Source of the DNA: an uncultured delta proteobacterium
GTDB lineage: Bacteria > Myxococcota_A > Polyangia > Polyangiales > Polyangiaceae
Direction: 5' to 3'
Length of the DNA: 64,000 nucleotides
NCBI GenBank assembly: GCA_963782055.1
Contig: CAWAIF010000003.1
Coordinates: 352,001 to 416,000 of the forward strand
In this document: one piece after another, positions 38,125-50,941 of the stretch
Layout of the letters: the number at the start of each line of letters is the position of its first letter
How positions within the stretch are numbered: position 1 is the stretch's first letter
Translations under genes and position numbers: made by a program
The notes under the pieces: generated by a model
What the model saw: only the letters and a program-made list of their open reading frames with translations
Told to the model about the DNA's origin: nothing
Databases searched by the model: none

Positions 38125-38766
38125 ATGGCGGACCTTTCGGCGCTGCGGCGCGAGTACGAAGCGCGAGGCCTGGACGAGAAGGACGTCGCCTCGGACCCCA
38201 TCGCCCAGTTCGACGCGTGGTTCGGGGAGGCGCACGCCGCCGGCGTGCGCGAGCCCAACGCCATGACGCTCGCCACGCTCCAGCCGGATGGCGCGCCCGG
38301 CGCGCGGGTGGTGCTCCTCAAGGGCTTCGACGAGCGCGGCTTCCTCTTTTACACCAACTACGCGAGCGCCAAGGCGAGCGCGATCGAGCACGACGCCCGG
38401 GTCGCGCTCGTCTTTCTGTGGCTTCCGCTCGAGCGGCAGGTGCGCGTGGCGGGGCGCGCGGAGCGCACGTCGCCGGAGGAGTCCGCCGCCTACTTCCGGA
38501 CGCGGCCGCGCGGGGCGCAGCTCGGCGCGTGGGCGTCGGCGCAGAGCACCGCGGTGCAAAGCCGCGCGGCGCTGGAGGCGAGCCTGGCCGAGCTGGAAGC
38601 CGAGTACGAGGGCGGCCGCGAGGTGCCTCTGCCTCCGTTCTGGGGCGGCTACCGGGTCCTCCCGACGTCGGTGGAGTTCTGGCAGGGTCGGCCCAGCCGC
38701 CTGCACGACCGGATCCGGTACGTGAAAGAGGGTCCTGCCTGGCGGATCGAGCGCCTCGCCCCCTGA
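38125..38766 (+). CDS. pdxH: Pyridoxamine 5'-phosphate oxidase
   Basis: EPNAMTLAT, RVVLLKG, FYTNY.S.K, RQVRV, EFWQGRPSRLHDR. Confidence 0.97.
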   Translation: MADLSALRREYEARGLDEKDVASDPIAQFDAWFGEAHAAGVREPNAMTLATLQPDGAPGARVVLLKGFDERGFLFYTNYASAKASAIEHDARVALVFLWLPLERQVRVAGRAERTSPEESAAYFRTRPRGAQLGAWASAQSTAVQSRAALEASLAELEAEYEGGREVPLPPFWGGYRVLPTSVEFWQGRPSRLHDRIRYVKEGPAWRIERLAP

Positions 38767-38898
38767 TCGACGCCCGGACGTCGGATCGCGAGCGCAAATA
38801 ATGCGTGCCCAACAGGGCTGAACTGGCGCCGCGGGTTGGCCGTACGCGTACTTGAGTGTTGCGACGATGATCCTCGTGAGCCGAGAATGTGGGGCTTG

Positions 38899-40533
38899 AT
38901 GTCTGACGGGAGTGCAAAGCACGAAACGGCCCGCTCCAGCAGCACCTCCCCGCCGCCCTCTGGCCCCATCTCGCGGGCGCTGCCGGAGGCGGACCTCAAC
39001 GTGGTGCTTCACCACATCGCCGACGGCGTGGCGGTCTGCAAGCTGGACCGCTTCGTCTACGCGAACAAGAGCATGCTCCGCCTGCTGGCGCAGGACGGCG
39101 AGAAGCTGGCCGAGCGCACGGTGAGCGACGTGACCGGGGTGCCGTGGGATGAGTGGACACGGTCGCGTCCTGCCATCACCACCGAGGGCTGGCGCCGCTC
39201 CGACGGCGCCGTGGTCCGCGTCGAGGTCACCGTGTCCCTGGTGAGCATCGCCGGCGGCAAGGCGTGGGTGGTGCTCGCGCGCGACGCGACGACGCTCTGG
39301 CAGTCCCGCGCCCAGCTGGAGCAGGTGGATCGCCTGGCCGCGGTGGGCTCGCTCGCGGCGGGCGTCGCGCACCAGCTGAACAACCCGCTCGCGGCGGTCA
39401 TCACCGACGTCAACTTCCTCGCCGACGAGCTGCACGGCCTCCTTCGCGAGGCGGCGAGCGGGACGCTCTCCGCCGCCGGCGTCGCGCGCGCGGGCGAGCT
39501 GCTCCAGGCGGCGACCGAAGCGCGCGATGGCGCCCAGCGCGTGGCGGCGATCGTGAGGGACCTCCAGACACTCTCCCGCACCGCCGACGAGCGGCGCGTG
39601 CCGATCGACGTGCGGGCGGTCCTCGACTCTGCCGCGGTCGTCATCGGAAGCGAGCTGGAAGGCCGGGCGAAGCTGGTCAAGGAGTACGAGCCGGTGCCGC
39701 TCGTCGTCGCCAACGAGTCGCTGCTGGCGAAGGCGTTCCTCAGCGTCCTGCTCAACGCGGTCCAGGCAGTCCGCAAGGACGGCTCGCCCCACCAGGTCGT
39801 CGTCCGGACGTACATGGAGGTGCCGGGGCCGCACGCGCCGAACGTCAGCGACAGCACGCCCGGCACCGACATGCACGTCGTCGTGGAGATCGTCGACGAC
39901 GGGCAAGGCATGACGTCCGCGGTGCGCGAGCGCATCTTCGACCCCTTCTTCACCGTCAAGCCCGTCGGCATCGGCACGGGCCTCGGGCTCACGACGGCGC
40001 TGGCCACGGTGACGAGCCTCGGCGGCCGGATCGACGTGGAGAGCGAGGAGGGGCGCGGCGCGACCTTCCGCATCGTGCTGCCCGCGCGGTCGAGGGAGCT
40101 CCCGAGGGACAGGCCGGCGGAGACGCCGCTGGCTCCGGCTCCGACGCCACAGGCGCGGCCGCGCATGCTCATCGTCGACGACGAGCAGACCCTCATCAGC
40201 GCCCTGCGCCGCGTCCTGGTGCGCGAGAACGACGTGGAGTCGGCCTCCTCGGCCCGGGCGGCGCTGGCCATCCTGGAGAAAGACGACCGCTTCGACGTCA
40301 TTCTGTGTGACATCATGATGCCGGACATGACAGGTATCGATTTCTTCCAGGAGGTGGAGCGCACGCGTCCACACCTGCGCGACAAGTTCATCTTCATGAC
40401 CGGCGGCGCGTTCACGCCGGTCGCGCGCGCCTTCCTCGACTCCATCGATCTGCCGCGGCTGGAGAAGCCGTTCGACCTCCGCGAGCTACGCCACCTGCTG
40501 CGCCAGCGGCTCAAGCAGGGCGAGGGAGCTTGA
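38899..40533 (+). CDS. Hybrid sensor histidine kinase (PAS-HisKA-HATPase-REC)
   Basis: AGVAHQLNNPL, DDGQGM, FDPFFTVK, GTGLGL, LIVDDE, LCDIMMP. Confidence 0.95.
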   Translation: MSDGSAKHETARSSSTSPPPSGPISRALPEADLNVVLHHIADGVAVCKLDRFVYANKSMLRLLAQDGEKLAERTVSDVTGVPWDEWTRSRPAITTEGWRRSDGAVVRVEVTVSLVSIAGGKAWVVLARDATTLWQSRAQLEQVDRLAAVGSLAAGVAHQLNNPLAAVITDVNFLADELHGLLREAASGTLSAAGVARAGELLQAATEARDGAQRVAAIVRDLQTLSRTADERRVPIDVRAVLDSAAVVIGSELEGRAKLVKEYEPVPLVVANESLLAKAFLSVLLNAVQAVRKDGSPHQVVVRTYMEVPGPHAPNVSDSTPGTDMHVVVEIVDDGQGMTSAVRERIFDPFFTVKPVGIGTGLGLTTALATVTSLGGRIDVESEEGRGATFRIVLPARSRELPRDRPAETPLAPAPTPQARPRMLIVDDEQTLISALRRVLVRENDVESASSARAALAILEKDDRFDVILCDIMMPDMTGIDFFQEVERTRPHLRDKFIFMTGGAFTPVARAFLDSIDLPRLEKPFDLRELRHLLRQRLKQGEGA

Positions 40534-41372
40534 ACGAAGAGGCGCTCGCCCGCTTCCTGGAGCTCGTCCGGCGGGAAATGGACACCGCGGAGGTGTCGGT
40601 GGTCCCCGCCGGAGACGTGCCGCCGGGGCCCAACGTGCTCGTCGCGGCGCTCGGGCCGGAGCACGAGATCGTCGTGCGCCTGGAGGAGGCGCCGGACGAC
40701 GTGGAGGCGCGGCAGCGGCGACTGGACATGCTGGTGTCGGCGTTCGCGAGCGCCATCCTGGGCGATCAGCCGCACAAACCGTCGCCCTCCCGGTCGCTGC
40801 GCGAGGAGCTGCGCGCGCTCGCGGTGCGCGCCGGCGCGGTCGACGCCCTGGTGATCGATGCGCACTCGCCGGTGGTGTGGGGCGCCGTCGGCAAGGTGGA
40901 GGTGGAGGCGCCCGGCGCGACCATCGTCCCGCTGCGCCCGCAGGACCGCGAGCGCGTGGAGCGCATCCAGGAGTCGCACCGCGATCTCATCGCCGCCCTC
41001 GCGCTGGAGGACGACGCCGACGAGGGCTCGACGTCGGTGCCGCCTCCCGCGCCGGGCTCGCCCGCGCCGCTGGTGAAGCGCGCCGTCGACGAGGTGCGCG
41101 CGATGCCGGTGACGGGCGCCCTTCACCGCGGCGCCCACCTGGCGCACGCCGTCCGACGGCCGGACTTCGGCTACATCGCGCGGAGCTTCGCCGCCATCTA
41201 CGTGCTCATCGTGGTCTTCGACCGCGCCTACGACGAGATCCGCGCCGAGCGCGCGGTGCGCGATGGCCTCCCCGTCATCGAGCGCCTGGTGCTCGCGCTG
41301 CCGCCCTTCGATCCCGAGCCGGCGCCGATGGCCGGCGTCATCTCGCTACGTGGCCGCCGCCGTAGAAGGTAG
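40530..41372 (+). CDS. Hypothetical protein
   Basis: TTGA overlap with the kinase; strong GC3 bias; no family recognised with confidence. Confidence 0.75.
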   Translation: MNEEALARFLELVRREMDTAEVSVVPAGDVPPGPNVLVAALGPEHEIVVRLEEAPDDVEARQRRLDMLVSAFASAILGDQPHKPSPSRSLREELRALAVRAGAVDALVIDAHSPVVWGAVGKVEVEAPGATIVPLRPQDRERVERIQESHRDLIAALALEDDADEGSTSVPPPAPGSPAPLVKRAVDEVRAMPVTGALHRGAHLAHAVRRPDFGYIARSFAAIYVLIVVFDRAYDEIRAERAVRDGLPVIERLVLALPPFDPEPAPMAGVISLRGRRRRR

Positions 41373-41726
41373 CCTCGTCGCGGCTCCCGGACGGCGCGTT
41401 CAGCCGCCACGTCCTGGTGGCGTGGCGAACGACCGTCGTCTTGCGAACGCCGTCGCCCGAGACGTCCGCGTCGCTCCAGCGATGGCTGTCGCGTTCCGAG
41501 CGGAAGCGAAGGACGTGGAGGCCTCGCGGCAGGTCCACCACGCAGGGGGTGATGCACACCGGCCTCGTCCGCTCATCGTCCGCTTCGGCCCAGATGCCGC
41601 GCCGGCGACCTCGGCGTGCTCGTGGGCGTCCGGGAGGACGCGGGAAGGCATCGCGGGCGGGGCGATCTCGCGCGTGCACGCGATGGTGGAGAGGGCGAGG
41701 AGGGGAAGGAGCATGGTCGGGCGCAT
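41338..41726 (-). pseudogene. Frameshifted/truncated lipoprotein (PEGA-like fragment)
   Basis: Signal MRPTMLLPLLALSTIA-C in one frame; VCITPCVVDLPRGLHVLRF in another; overlaps the 3' end of the opposite gene. Confidence 0.55.
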
Positions 41727-41748
41727 GGCCGCCCAGGTTGCGACCGGG

Positions 41749-44580
41749 TCAGTCGTCGTCGTCGTCGCGGGGCGCCGTCGCCAGCGCGTCGGCGCGCGTG
41801 GTGCAGCCTCGCACGTCGACGAGGCCGCAGTAGAGCGCGGCGTTGAAGGCGGCGGCCGGCAGGCGGTCCTCGTGGCTGAAGTCCATGCCCATCGTCGCGA
41901 GCGCCCAGTCGCGGCCTGTCCCGCGCGGCATCACCAGCTTGCCGCCCTCCTCGGGCCTCGGCCTCGGGAGGGGGAGCTTGGTGGAGCGCAGGACGTCGGG
42001 CACACGCGCCCGGAAGGCGTGCCTGTCCACCTGGTCGGTGAACGCCTCGACGATGGGCGGCGCGGCGGCGTCCGGCTGCGCCAGCGGCGGCAGGCCGAGC
42101 AGCACCTCGATGGTCCTGAGCACGCTGGGCGTGGAGTAGCGCGTGTGGACCACCGCGCCGCGCGCGACGTGGCCGCCGGCGAAGAGCACGAAGCTCCGAT
42201 GGGAGTCGACGTGGTCTGCGCCGTTCTGCGCGTCGTCCTCCACGATCACGACGAGCGTGTCCTCCCAGAACTTGCTCCGCGAGAGCCGCTGCACCAGCAG
42301 GCCGAGGGCGTAGTCGTGGTCCGCCATCTGGGTGTCGGGGGTGTCGACGCCCGCGTCGGCCTTGCCGAAGGCGCCGAAGTGGTCGTGCGGCAGGCGCACC
42401 AGCTCGAGCGCGGGCATGTCCCCCTCGCGCTCGTAGTCGGCCATCTCGCGCATCCACTCCTTCACCCGGTATAGGTCCGGGTAGCGCATCTCGAAGCCGT
42501 AGAAGTACGGGTCGGTGCGGTCGAGGAGGCCGGGTGCGGTGGGGAAGGCGACCTGGTGGTGGCCCGCGAAGGGGTACGCCGGCCGCCCCGGCGAGGCCGG
42601 GTCGCCGTCGGGGAGCCCGTAGCGGTAGTCGTCGACGAAGAAGCCGTAGTTGCGCACGCTCAGCCCGGCGGCGATCGCCTCGTCCCAGAGGAACGGCGCG
42701 GGCCCGGCGGGCGCGGCCATGTCGCCCACGCCGGGCAGCAGGTCGGGGTCGTTGGGCGTGAGCGGGTTGGCGGCGCGGCGCTGGTCGAGCGTGGCGAGCC
42801 CCACGTTGACGTTGCGGTTGCAGCCCTCCCAGTCGTAGGTGTGGCGGCCGCGGCCGGCGTACATGAGGGGGACCTCCTTCTCCGCGGCGTCGGTGGCGCG
42901 TCCCGCCGTGGACCACTGCCAGCCGTCGCCGGAGACGCCGCCGGCGTCGAAGAAGCGGTCCGCCGCCACGAACCGCCGCGCGAGGGCGTGCATGTTGGGG
43001 GTGATGGACTCGCCCCAGTGGACCAGCGCCGGGTCGCCGTCGGTCCCTTCCAGGTCGCCGAAGACCTGGTCGTAGGTGCGGTTCTCGCCGATGACGTAGA
43101 CGACGTGCTTGATCTTGCCGCGCAGCGCGGCGAGGGCCGGGGGCACCGGACGTGGCGCGTCCAGCCCGGCGTTGACCAATGCTTGATGTGTCAACGAATT
43201 GCGGACCGCCGGCGGGGGCACCGGCAGCGCGTGCACGCCGCCGCGGAGGAGCTGCAGGGTGAACTGGTTGCCGCCGTAGGGCTCGAGGGTCCGGGTCGAG
43301 CTGGGCGCGCTCCACGGTCCGCGCGGGTTGGGGCCCTCCGCGCTCTTGCCGAAGGCGACGAAGAGGCGCGCGCCGTCCTTCGAGGTGACGACGTCGGTGG
43401 GATAGAAGCCGGTGGGCACCAGGGCCTCCAGCGCGCCGCCGCGCGCGCCCGCTTCCAGCTTCACCATCGCGACGGCGTCGAGGCCACCCAGCGTCACGTA
43501 GAGGGTTCGCCCGTCGGGGGAGAGGCCTAGGCCGTTCGGGCTGGCGCCCCGCAGCGCGCGCGCCGGCGAGCCCGCCGGACCACCCACCGGAATGGTCGCC
43601 CGCACCTTGAGGGTCGCGCGGTCGATGACGCTCACCGTGTCGTCGTTGGCGTTGGCGACGAAGAGCGTCGCGCCGTCGCGGGAGACCGTCATGCGCGTGG
43701 GCTGCGCGCCCACGTGAGCGCGCCCCTTCACCGCGCGCGCCGTGAGGCTCACGTCGACGACCTCGGCGTCGCGCTGGCAGACGACGTAGGCGTCGCCGCC
43801 CACCACCGCCACGTCGGAGGGGTAGGCGCCGCCGCGCTTGCCCCCGCCCGGGCGCAGGTCGACCTCCGCGACCGCCGCGCGCGTCGCCGTGTCGACCAGC
43901 GAGACCGAGTCGTTGTCGTGGTTGGCGACGACGAGCAGCCTGCCGTCGGCGGTGGTCGCCAGGCCCGCGGCCTCCGGGCCCTGCGCGAGGCCGAGGCCCC
44001 CCAGCCCGGAGGGTTGCTTCAGGTGCCCCAGCGGGATGGGCGGGAGCTTCTCCTCGAAGCCACCCTGTCCGTCCGGACGCAGCTCGTGGATCTGGTCGTC
44101 GGGGCCGCCGCTGGCGTAGAAGCGGTCGCCGAGCGGGGAGTAGGCAAGGCCCCAGAAGGTGTTGGGCAGGCCCACTGTCTGGCGAAGGTGGGGCACGCCG
44201 GAGGCGACGTCGTAGACGAAGACGTACTCGTCGTCGGTGCCGGGGATGGCGTCGCCGCGCGCGTCCTCCAGCCGGTTGTAGCCGGAGGTCATCACCAGCA
44301 GGGTCTTGCCGTCGGGGGAGAGGGCGGCGGCGGTGGCGAAGGCGGCCCGGAAGTCCGGGTGACCCAGCAGGTGGGGGTTCAGGTCCAGCAGCACCGAGCC
44401 AGGAGCGGCGTCGGGCGTGAGCTGGGCACCAGTCGGCAGGGCGATCGCCGCGCTCATCACCCACCCCTTCCCGACCGGGGGGGCGGTCGTCGCCGGTGCG
44501 CGCGCAGGGCCCGTGGCCGCCCCGCCGCATGCGAGGGCGGTCGCCACCCCGAGCACCCAGAGGAACCCGCCGCGCCGCAT
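41749..44580 (-). CDS. YVTN/YncE beta-propeller plus phosphoesterase (alkaline phosphatase superfamily) lipoprotein
   Basis: ALA-C lipobox; VANHDNDSVS, VANANDDTVSVID repeats; IKHVVYVIGENRTYDQVFGD, LPHDH, EDDAQNGADHVDSHRS. Confidence 0.93.
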   Translation of the reverse strand: MRRGGFLWVLGVATALACGGAATGPARAPATTAPPVGKGWVMSAAIALPTGAQLTPDAAPGSVLLDLNPHLLGHPDFRAAFATAAALSPDGKTLLVMTSGYNRLEDARGDAIPGTDDEYVFVYDVASGVPHLRQTVGLPNTFWGLAYSPLGDRFYASGGPDDQIHELRPDGQGGFEEKLPPIPLGHLKQPSGLGGLGLAQGPEAAGLATTADGRLLVVANHDNDSVSLVDTATRAAVAEVDLRPGGGKRGGAYPSDVAVVGGDAYVVCQRDAEVVDVSLTARAVKGRAHVGAQPTRMTVSRDGATLFVANANDDTVSVIDRATLKVRATIPVGGPAGSPARALRGASPNGLGLSPDGRTLYVTLGGLDAVAMVKLEAGARGGALEALVPTGFYPTDVVTSKDGARLFVAFGKSAEGPNPRGPWSAPSSTRTLEPYGGNQFTLQLLRGGVHALPVPPPAVRNSLTHQALVNAGLDAPRPVPPALAALRGKIKHVVYVIGENRTYDQVFGDLEGTDGDPALVHWGESITPNMHALARRFVAADRFFDAGGVSGDGWQWSTAGRATDAAEKEVPLMYAGRGRHTYDWEGCNRNVNVGLATLDQRRAANPLTPNDPDLLPGVGDMAAPAGPAPFLWDEAIAAGLSVRNYGFFVDDYRYGLPDGDPASPGRPAYPFAGHHQVAFPTAPGLLDRTDPYFYGFEMRYPDLYRVKEWMREMADYEREGDMPALELVRLPHDHFGAFGKADAGVDTPDTQMADHDYALGLLVQRLSRSKFWEDTLVVIVEDDAQNGADHVDSHRSFVLFAGGHVARGAVVHTRYSTPSVLRTIEVLLGLPPLAQPDAAAPPIVEAFTDQVDRHAFRARVPDVLRSTKLPLPRPRPEEGGKLVMPRGTGRDWALATMGMDFSHEDRLPAAAFNAALYCGLVDVRGCTTRADALATAPRDDDDD

Positions 44581-44833
44581 ACTCCAGTCCTAATCCGGCG
44601 GGACCCCTCCCGCCCCGGGAAATCCGCCGCCAGCGCCCGATCGTTCGCCGGCAAACGATCGGCGTGGTGGCCGGATGGCTGAACGGGCGAGCAGGCTTTG
44701 GGGCCGCCGTTTCTTGACCGCCACGAAGAGGGCGTTGTACAGGGGGACAATCCAGGGTCGTTTTCCTGGATCGGGCAGGCCGAGCGTTTCGGCCCTCCTG
44801 CGGTGTGGACGTGGGGGGAGAGGTCGCGAGTGC

Positions 44834-45082
44834 ATGGGTAGTCGGCTGACGTGGCCCCAGATTCGTGAGAGCACCGCGTTCCGAGGACGCTGGGTCGCCC
44901 TGGATGATTGCCGGTATGACGCGCGTACCGCCCAGCCGGTCGAGGGCAGCGTCGTCGACTCCGACGAGGACCTGGTGGAGCTCTGCTCCCGGATGCAGCG
45001 CTCCGACATGCAGCACTGCGCCATCCTGTTCTGCGACGAGGAAGCCCCTCCTTCCAGCCGTCCCCAGCGGCTGACCCACTAA
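44834..45082 (+). CDS. Small hypothetical protein
   Basis: MGSRLTW...GRWVALD...VVDSDEDL...CAILFC; GAGG upstream; protein-like composition. Confidence 0.7.
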   Translation: MGSRLTWPQIRESTAFRGRWVALDDCRYDARTAQPVEGSVVDSDEDLVELCSRMQRSDMQHCAILFCDEEAPPSSRPQRLTH

Positions 45083-45120
45083 GGAGGCGGCGGCGAGGCC
45101 CCCGCCAGGCCCGCCCGCAG

Positions 45121-46137
45121 CTACTTCACGACCGGCTTGAGGACGGTCTTGCCGTCCTTGACGGAGACCTCGAAGTCCACCGCCTTGCCGTGCTTCTCCT
45201 TCAGCCGCGCGCTCGATTCCCGCAGGCTCTTGGCGAGGGCATCGTAGGTGATGGTGGCGGTGGACTCGTTGCGCGAGCGGCGTGTCTGCACGTACTGGGC
45301 GTAGAGCTGCTTGAGGCGGGCGTCGCTCAGGTCCTCCGGACGCGTGGCGGGCCGGCCGGGGGAGCGCGGCGCGGGCCTGGCCGGGGCGCCTGCCGGCGCC
45401 GGAGCCTTCGTCGGGGCCGGCTGGGCCGGGGGCGCGGGCCGCTCCCCCGCCGCCGCCGCAGATGGCGCGTCCTTGCTGACCTTCCGCCACACGGGTCGGC
45501 GCGCGTCGCCCACCGCTGCGCGCGGGACGGCAGTGGCGGCAGGGGGAGGCGGCGCGAGGCGGGGCAGCGGTCCGGACGGCGCTGGCTTCGGCACGGCCGG
45601 GGCGGCACCGGCGGCTCTCTGCCCGGGCGCCGCCCGCTGCGCAGGAACCTGCCGTGGCACCGGCGGCGCGGGCGCCACCACCACCGGCGCCACCGGTCGG
45701 CTGCTGGGCGGCTCGGGCGCCTCCGACGTGTACTCGAAGAGCATGCTGTCCAGATCGGTCAGCTCCTCCGCCGCCGTGACCTCCAGCTCCACCGCCTCCG
45801 CCTCGCGGACCTTCTCCACCGCCTCCTTCTGGGCAAACTTGCGCTTCGCGCGCTGCACGTGGCGCTTGTACGTGCCCTCCTCGATCTGCCGGCAGATGCG
45901 CAGCCAGTGCGACTGGTACGTGTTGTACCGCTGGATGATCATCTGGAAGCGGAAGCGCTGCGCGGTGTTGCGGATCTGTTCGCGACGCAGCGTGTGGATG
46001 CGCCGCTCCACGTCCTTCTGCGGCACCGCCGGCACCGTCTTCTCGATCCCCATGAAGTACTGCTCGTAGAGCGAGCGCAGTCGGTCGACGCGCAGCTCCA
46101 GCTCGTTGATCAGGGTCTCGATCTCCGATGACTCCAA
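45121..46137 (-). CDS. MXAN_5187 C-terminal domain-type protein
   Basis: LRSLYEQYFMGIEK N-terminus; Pro/Ala linker; LYAQYV...VDFEVSVKDGKTVLKP C-terminus. Confidence 0.82.
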   Translation of the reverse strand: MESSEIETLINELELRVDRLRSLYEQYFMGIEKTVPAVPQKDVERRIHTLRREQIRNTAQRFRFQMIIQRYNTYQSHWLRICRQIEEGTYKRHVQRAKRKFAQKEAVEKVREAEAVELEVTAAEELTDLDSMLFEYTSEAPEPPSSRPVAPVVVAPAPPVPRQVPAQRAAPGQRAAGAAPAVPKPAPSGPLPRLAPPPPAATAVPRAAVGDARRPVWRKVSKDAPSAAAAGERPAPPAQPAPTKAPAPAGAPARPAPRSPGRPATRPEDLSDARLKQLYAQYVQTRRSRNESTATITYDALAKSLRESSARLKEKHGKAVDFEVSVKDGKTVLKPVVK

Positions 46138-46231
46138 GGCCAGCGCAGTATAGCGCGCAAAGCCCCCCTCATCGCGAGGGGGTGGGCATCGCGGCGGAGG
46201 GCGAGGTCGCCCGCCCGGCGCGCGGCGGAGA

Positions 46232-47104
46232 TCACGGGAGCGGCGTGACCTTCACGTTGTCGAAGCACACCTTGACTTCCCAGTCGTTGAAGCCGAAGTG
46301 GTCGTGGCCCATGCCGGCGAGGGGCGCGGGGTCGTCGTAGTCCAGGTACGGCAGGCCGTTGACCGAGAGGTGCACGGTGTGGCCGTCGTTGCGCTCGATG
46401 CGGAAGCGATAGATGTGCCCCATGTGCACCGGCTGCTCCCGCGGGTCGTCGGCGCCGGGCTCGATGACGATCTGCTTGCGGTCGGTGCCGTGCTCGTTCA
46501 ACCGGGCGAGGACGTGGAAGTGGTTCTTCCACCCACCGAGGATGGCGAGGTAGCTGGTGGCGTTGGTGTAGGAGACCATCGTCGCGTGCGACTGGCCGTC
46601 GCCCCACACCTCGGCCTTCAGGTCGCCCTGCGGCGAGTCGCTGATGGCGTCGAACTCGATGCGCGCGTTGACGGGGAGTATGCGCTCCAGCCACACGCCG
46701 TGGTTGTGCGCGTCCTGCGCGCAGAGGCGGCCGTTCTCGATGTGCCAGACGTTGGTCTCCGCCTGCCGCCAGTTGGGGCCGAGCGCGTTGGTCGCCGCGG
46801 GGAGGGGCGAGGTCGCGGCGTGCTCGCTGGAGCCTTCGGGCGCGTGTCGATCGTGGCCGGCCGCGTCGACGTTGACCGCAACGACCGCCGGGGGGGTGGT
46901 GGCGGCGGGACCAGGTGCCGCGTCCCGGTCGAAGTCGTCCTCGAACACCTCGGTCATCACGTTGATGGATGGCCGGTAATTCGGGCTGGGGCGCGGCTGC
47001 GTCTTGGTGGTCGCGCCGGCATCGCCGCCGGTGCTGTTTCCGGGGGGAACGCAGAAGGCAAGCAGCCCGAGCAACGGGAGCCCGATGACCGTCCGGCGGA
47101 GCAT
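46232..47104 (-). CDS. Hypothetical exported protein, ConA-like beta-sandwich
   Basis: Signal LLAF-C; FEDDFDR, WHIENGRL, HFGFNDW..VCFDNVKV. Confidence 0.75.
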   Translation of the reverse strand: MLRRTVIGLPLLGLLAFCVPPGNSTGGDAGATTKTQPRPSPNYRPSINVMTEVFEDDFDRDAAPGPAATTPPAVVAVNVDAAGHDRHAPEGSSEHAATSPLPAATNALGPNWRQAETNVWHIENGRLCAQDAHNHGVWLERILPVNARIEFDAISDSPQGDLKAEVWGDGQSHATMVSYTNATSYLAILGGWKNHFHVLARLNEHGTDRKQIVIEPGADDPREQPVHMGHIYRFRIERNDGHTVHLSVNGLPYLDYDDPAPLAGMGHDHFGFNDWEVKVCFDNVKVTPLP

Positions 47105-47198
47105 GCGGCGTGTACTAACACCGCGATCGCGACCCGCCCAGCTCTTCTGGCTCGCCCCCCTCGCCGAGACCCTCGGGCCCTGGTAAGAACGCGGGGTC

Positions 47199-48776
<1,578 letters not shown>

Positions 48777-48802
48777 GCGCGCGCCGGAGCGAGGAGCCCG
48801 CC

Positions 48803-49414
48803 ATGCATCGCATCGTGCTCGTCCGTCACGGGCGGACCGCCGAGAACGCCCTGGAGATCTTCCAGGGCCAGCGGGGCAGTGGTCTGGACGAGGTGGGGCG
48901 CGCGCAGGCGGAGCGGCTGGCGAATCGCTTGATGGGTCAACGATTCGCGCGGCTGGTCTCCTCCGACCTGCAGCGCGCGGTGGAGACGGCGCGCTTGCTG
49001 GGCGCCGCGGTGTCCCTCGAGGTGGAGCAGGACCCTGCGCTCCGGGAGGTGGACGTGGGCGCCTGGACGGGCCTCCCCTTCGCGGAGGTGGAGCGTCGCT
49101 TCCCGGAGGAGTGGGCCGCGTGGCGCGCCGGGCTGGACCTGCCGCGCGGTGGCGGGGAGACGTACGCCGACCTGGCCGCCCGCATGCACGCGGCGGTCGA
49201 GAGCCTCACCGCGGACATGACGGGTGACCTGCTCGTCGTCTCGCACGGCGCCGCCCTCCGCGCCTTCACCGCGCGGCTCATCGGCCTGCCCCCGCAGGGC
49301 TCGCCCTCGCTCTCCGGCATGGGCAACACCGGCATGAACACGGTGGCGTGCACGCCGCGCGGCCTGCGGCTCGTCTCGTACAACGACACGGCGCACCTGG
49401 AGGGCGCGGCGTAG
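48803..49414 (+). CDS. Histidine phosphatase (phosphoglycerate mutase family)
   Basis: LVRHG, SSDLQRA, LREVDVGAW, VSHG, NDTAHL; GAGGAG RBS. Confidence 0.95.
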   Translation: MHRIVLVRHGRTAENALEIFQGQRGSGLDEVGRAQAERLANRLMGQRFARLVSSDLQRAVETARLLGAAVSLEVEQDPALREVDVGAWTGLPFAEVERRFPEEWAAWRAGLDLPRGGGETYADLAARMHAAVESLTADMTGDLLVVSHGAALRAFTARLIGLPPQGSPSLSGMGNTGMNTVACTPRGLRLVSYNDTAHLEGAA

Positions 49415-49438
49415 CGCGCCGCGCGCTACGGTGTGGCC

Positions 49439-49795
49439 ATGCGCGCGGAGCTGCTGCGGGTGCTGGAGGAGCTGCTCGCGGAGAGCGAGAAGGAGGGCGC
49501 GGGGGACATCACGCTGGACCGCTTCGCCGGAGCGGTGGGCGTGCTCGCGGTCACCCCCGAGGAGATCGACGCGCTGCTCGCCGCGGTGGAGGCGCGCGGG
49601 GTGCGGGTGGTCGCGCCGGAGTCGTGCGGCGTGGGGGATGGGGCCCAGCGGCTCAAGCTCGTGATCGCGGCGGCGCGCCGACTCGGGGTGGAGCTGGGCC
49701 GCAAGCCGCGCCCGGCGGAGATCGCCGCCGCCGCGGGGCTGACGGAGGAGGAGGTCCGCCTCGCGCTGCGTCTCGGCCAGGTGATGGGGCGCTGA
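49439..49795 (+). CDS. Small protein with sigma-70 region 1.1-like and region 3-like segments
   Basis: ITLD...VTPEEIDALLAAVEARGVRVV and ARRLGVELGRKPRPAEIAAAAGLTEEEV. Confidence 0.65.
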   Translation: MRAELLRVLEELLAESEKEGAGDITLDRFAGAVGVLAVTPEEIDALLAAVEARGVRVVAPESCGVGDGAQRLKLVIAAARRLGVELGRKPRPAEIAAAAGLTEEEVRLALRLGQVMGR

Positions 49796-49894
49796 GGGCC
49801 GCCGTGACATTTGACGCGATTGGGCGTAGCCGAATCGAGCACGCTGAATTACAACGCGAGTGACTCGCGGCCGGCGAGAGGACTCTGGGATCCG

Positions 49895-50940
<1,046 letters not shown>

Positions 50941-50941
<1 letters not shown>

